Shown one piece after another: positions 63,236 through 64,000 of a stretch of DNA of 64,000 nucleotides; positions within the stretch are counted from its first letter, which is position 1, and every line of letters starts with the position of its first letter. Both the position numbers and the translations under genes were made by a program. Origin of the DNA: Okamejei kenojei (lineage: Eukaryota); the NCBI GenBank assembly GCA_035221665.1, contig CM069169.1, positions 17,360,001-17,424,000 of the forward strand. Reading direction: 5' to 3'. The notes below the pieces were generated by a model, which did no database searches, was not told the DNA's origin, and saw only the letters and a list, made by a program, of their open reading frames with translations.

Positions 63236-64000
63236 CTTGTACATCGAAGGATGTGAAGATGTACAGACAAGATATGCATATTTAAACCACATGTCCACCC
63301 TTATTAACAGTACTGTTTTGATGTTGAAGCATAGATTGTGGAAGCATGTATTCATATCACAGTGTAGGATAAGCCATTTTCTTTGCATGATGGCTTGGAC
63401 ATATTGATTTCCCTCATCACACATCTACCATGATGTCAGTTGACAATTGATTTATCAGTACAGTACTGAGCCAAAAGCCAAGAAAGTGCCAGACTGAATT
63501 CCCGACATATATCAGCCCACCTACGTTCAACAGCATCTGCAGTTAAAATTCCAAATTGTTTATTGCTTTACTCAGTATGGATCTGCACATGGGCAGCAGT
63601 AGCATACATAAATTTTAGTTACTGTATCAGAATGATGTACTTTAAAGAATGTAAGATGCTTGTTTCCACTATTACTAGCTTTCTCAATTCTCTCCCAAAA
63701 AAAAACAAGTGATCCATCATTGCACTCAAGGGAAGTTCTCTTTGTATGTTGTAATTTAAAAATTTCAAGATCAACATTCATGAGGAAGTGAGAAGTGATA
63801 TATTTAGTGCATAACTAATAAGATGACCCAGTTTATAATCCTCAAAATGGATTCATCTCAAAGCTGCAAGGACATAGTTGTGAATATTTCCTTTCTGGAA
63901 TTTTTAACCTACATGCACAACCGACCCATCAACAATGTGAATTTCAAACTCTTTGGATTCTGTTTAAGTCACAGTGTTGCTTTCCTCCTCTGTTTTAGCA

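Overview
AT-rich vertebrate genomic DNA. The repeat content (HE1-like V-SINEs, CR1, Rex1/Babar-like and Penelope-like elements) points to a cartilaginous fish, probably a skate or ray; this is inference. The window holds the 5' part of the unconventional myosin gene MYO9A on the + strand. Ten coding exons (19967-59469) splice in frame with canonical GT-AG sites and encode the RA domain and the first part of the motor domain. The non-coding first exon and the downstream exons were not located. The introns are packed with decayed transposable elements. The most striking unexplained structure is a family of about 30 short (about 70-240 bp) elements derived from the Penelope-like pseudo-LTR. They carry a minimal hammerhead ribozyme motif (CUGAAGA-A-GGGUCUCGACCC-GAAAC-GUC). 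Many occur as fold-back pairs with their own 9-17 bp target-site duplications, and one occurs as a tandem ribozyme dimer joined exactly at the predicted cleavage site. Other notable items: a near-perfect 80-nt hairpin, a structured GC-rich SINE-like element, a duplicated and inactivated splice-acceptor region around exon 10, uORFs before the MYO9A start, and hAT, Harbinger and Helitron-like fragments. Repeat boundaries are approximate. Exon numbering follows the mammalian gene as recalled, and no database searches were run.
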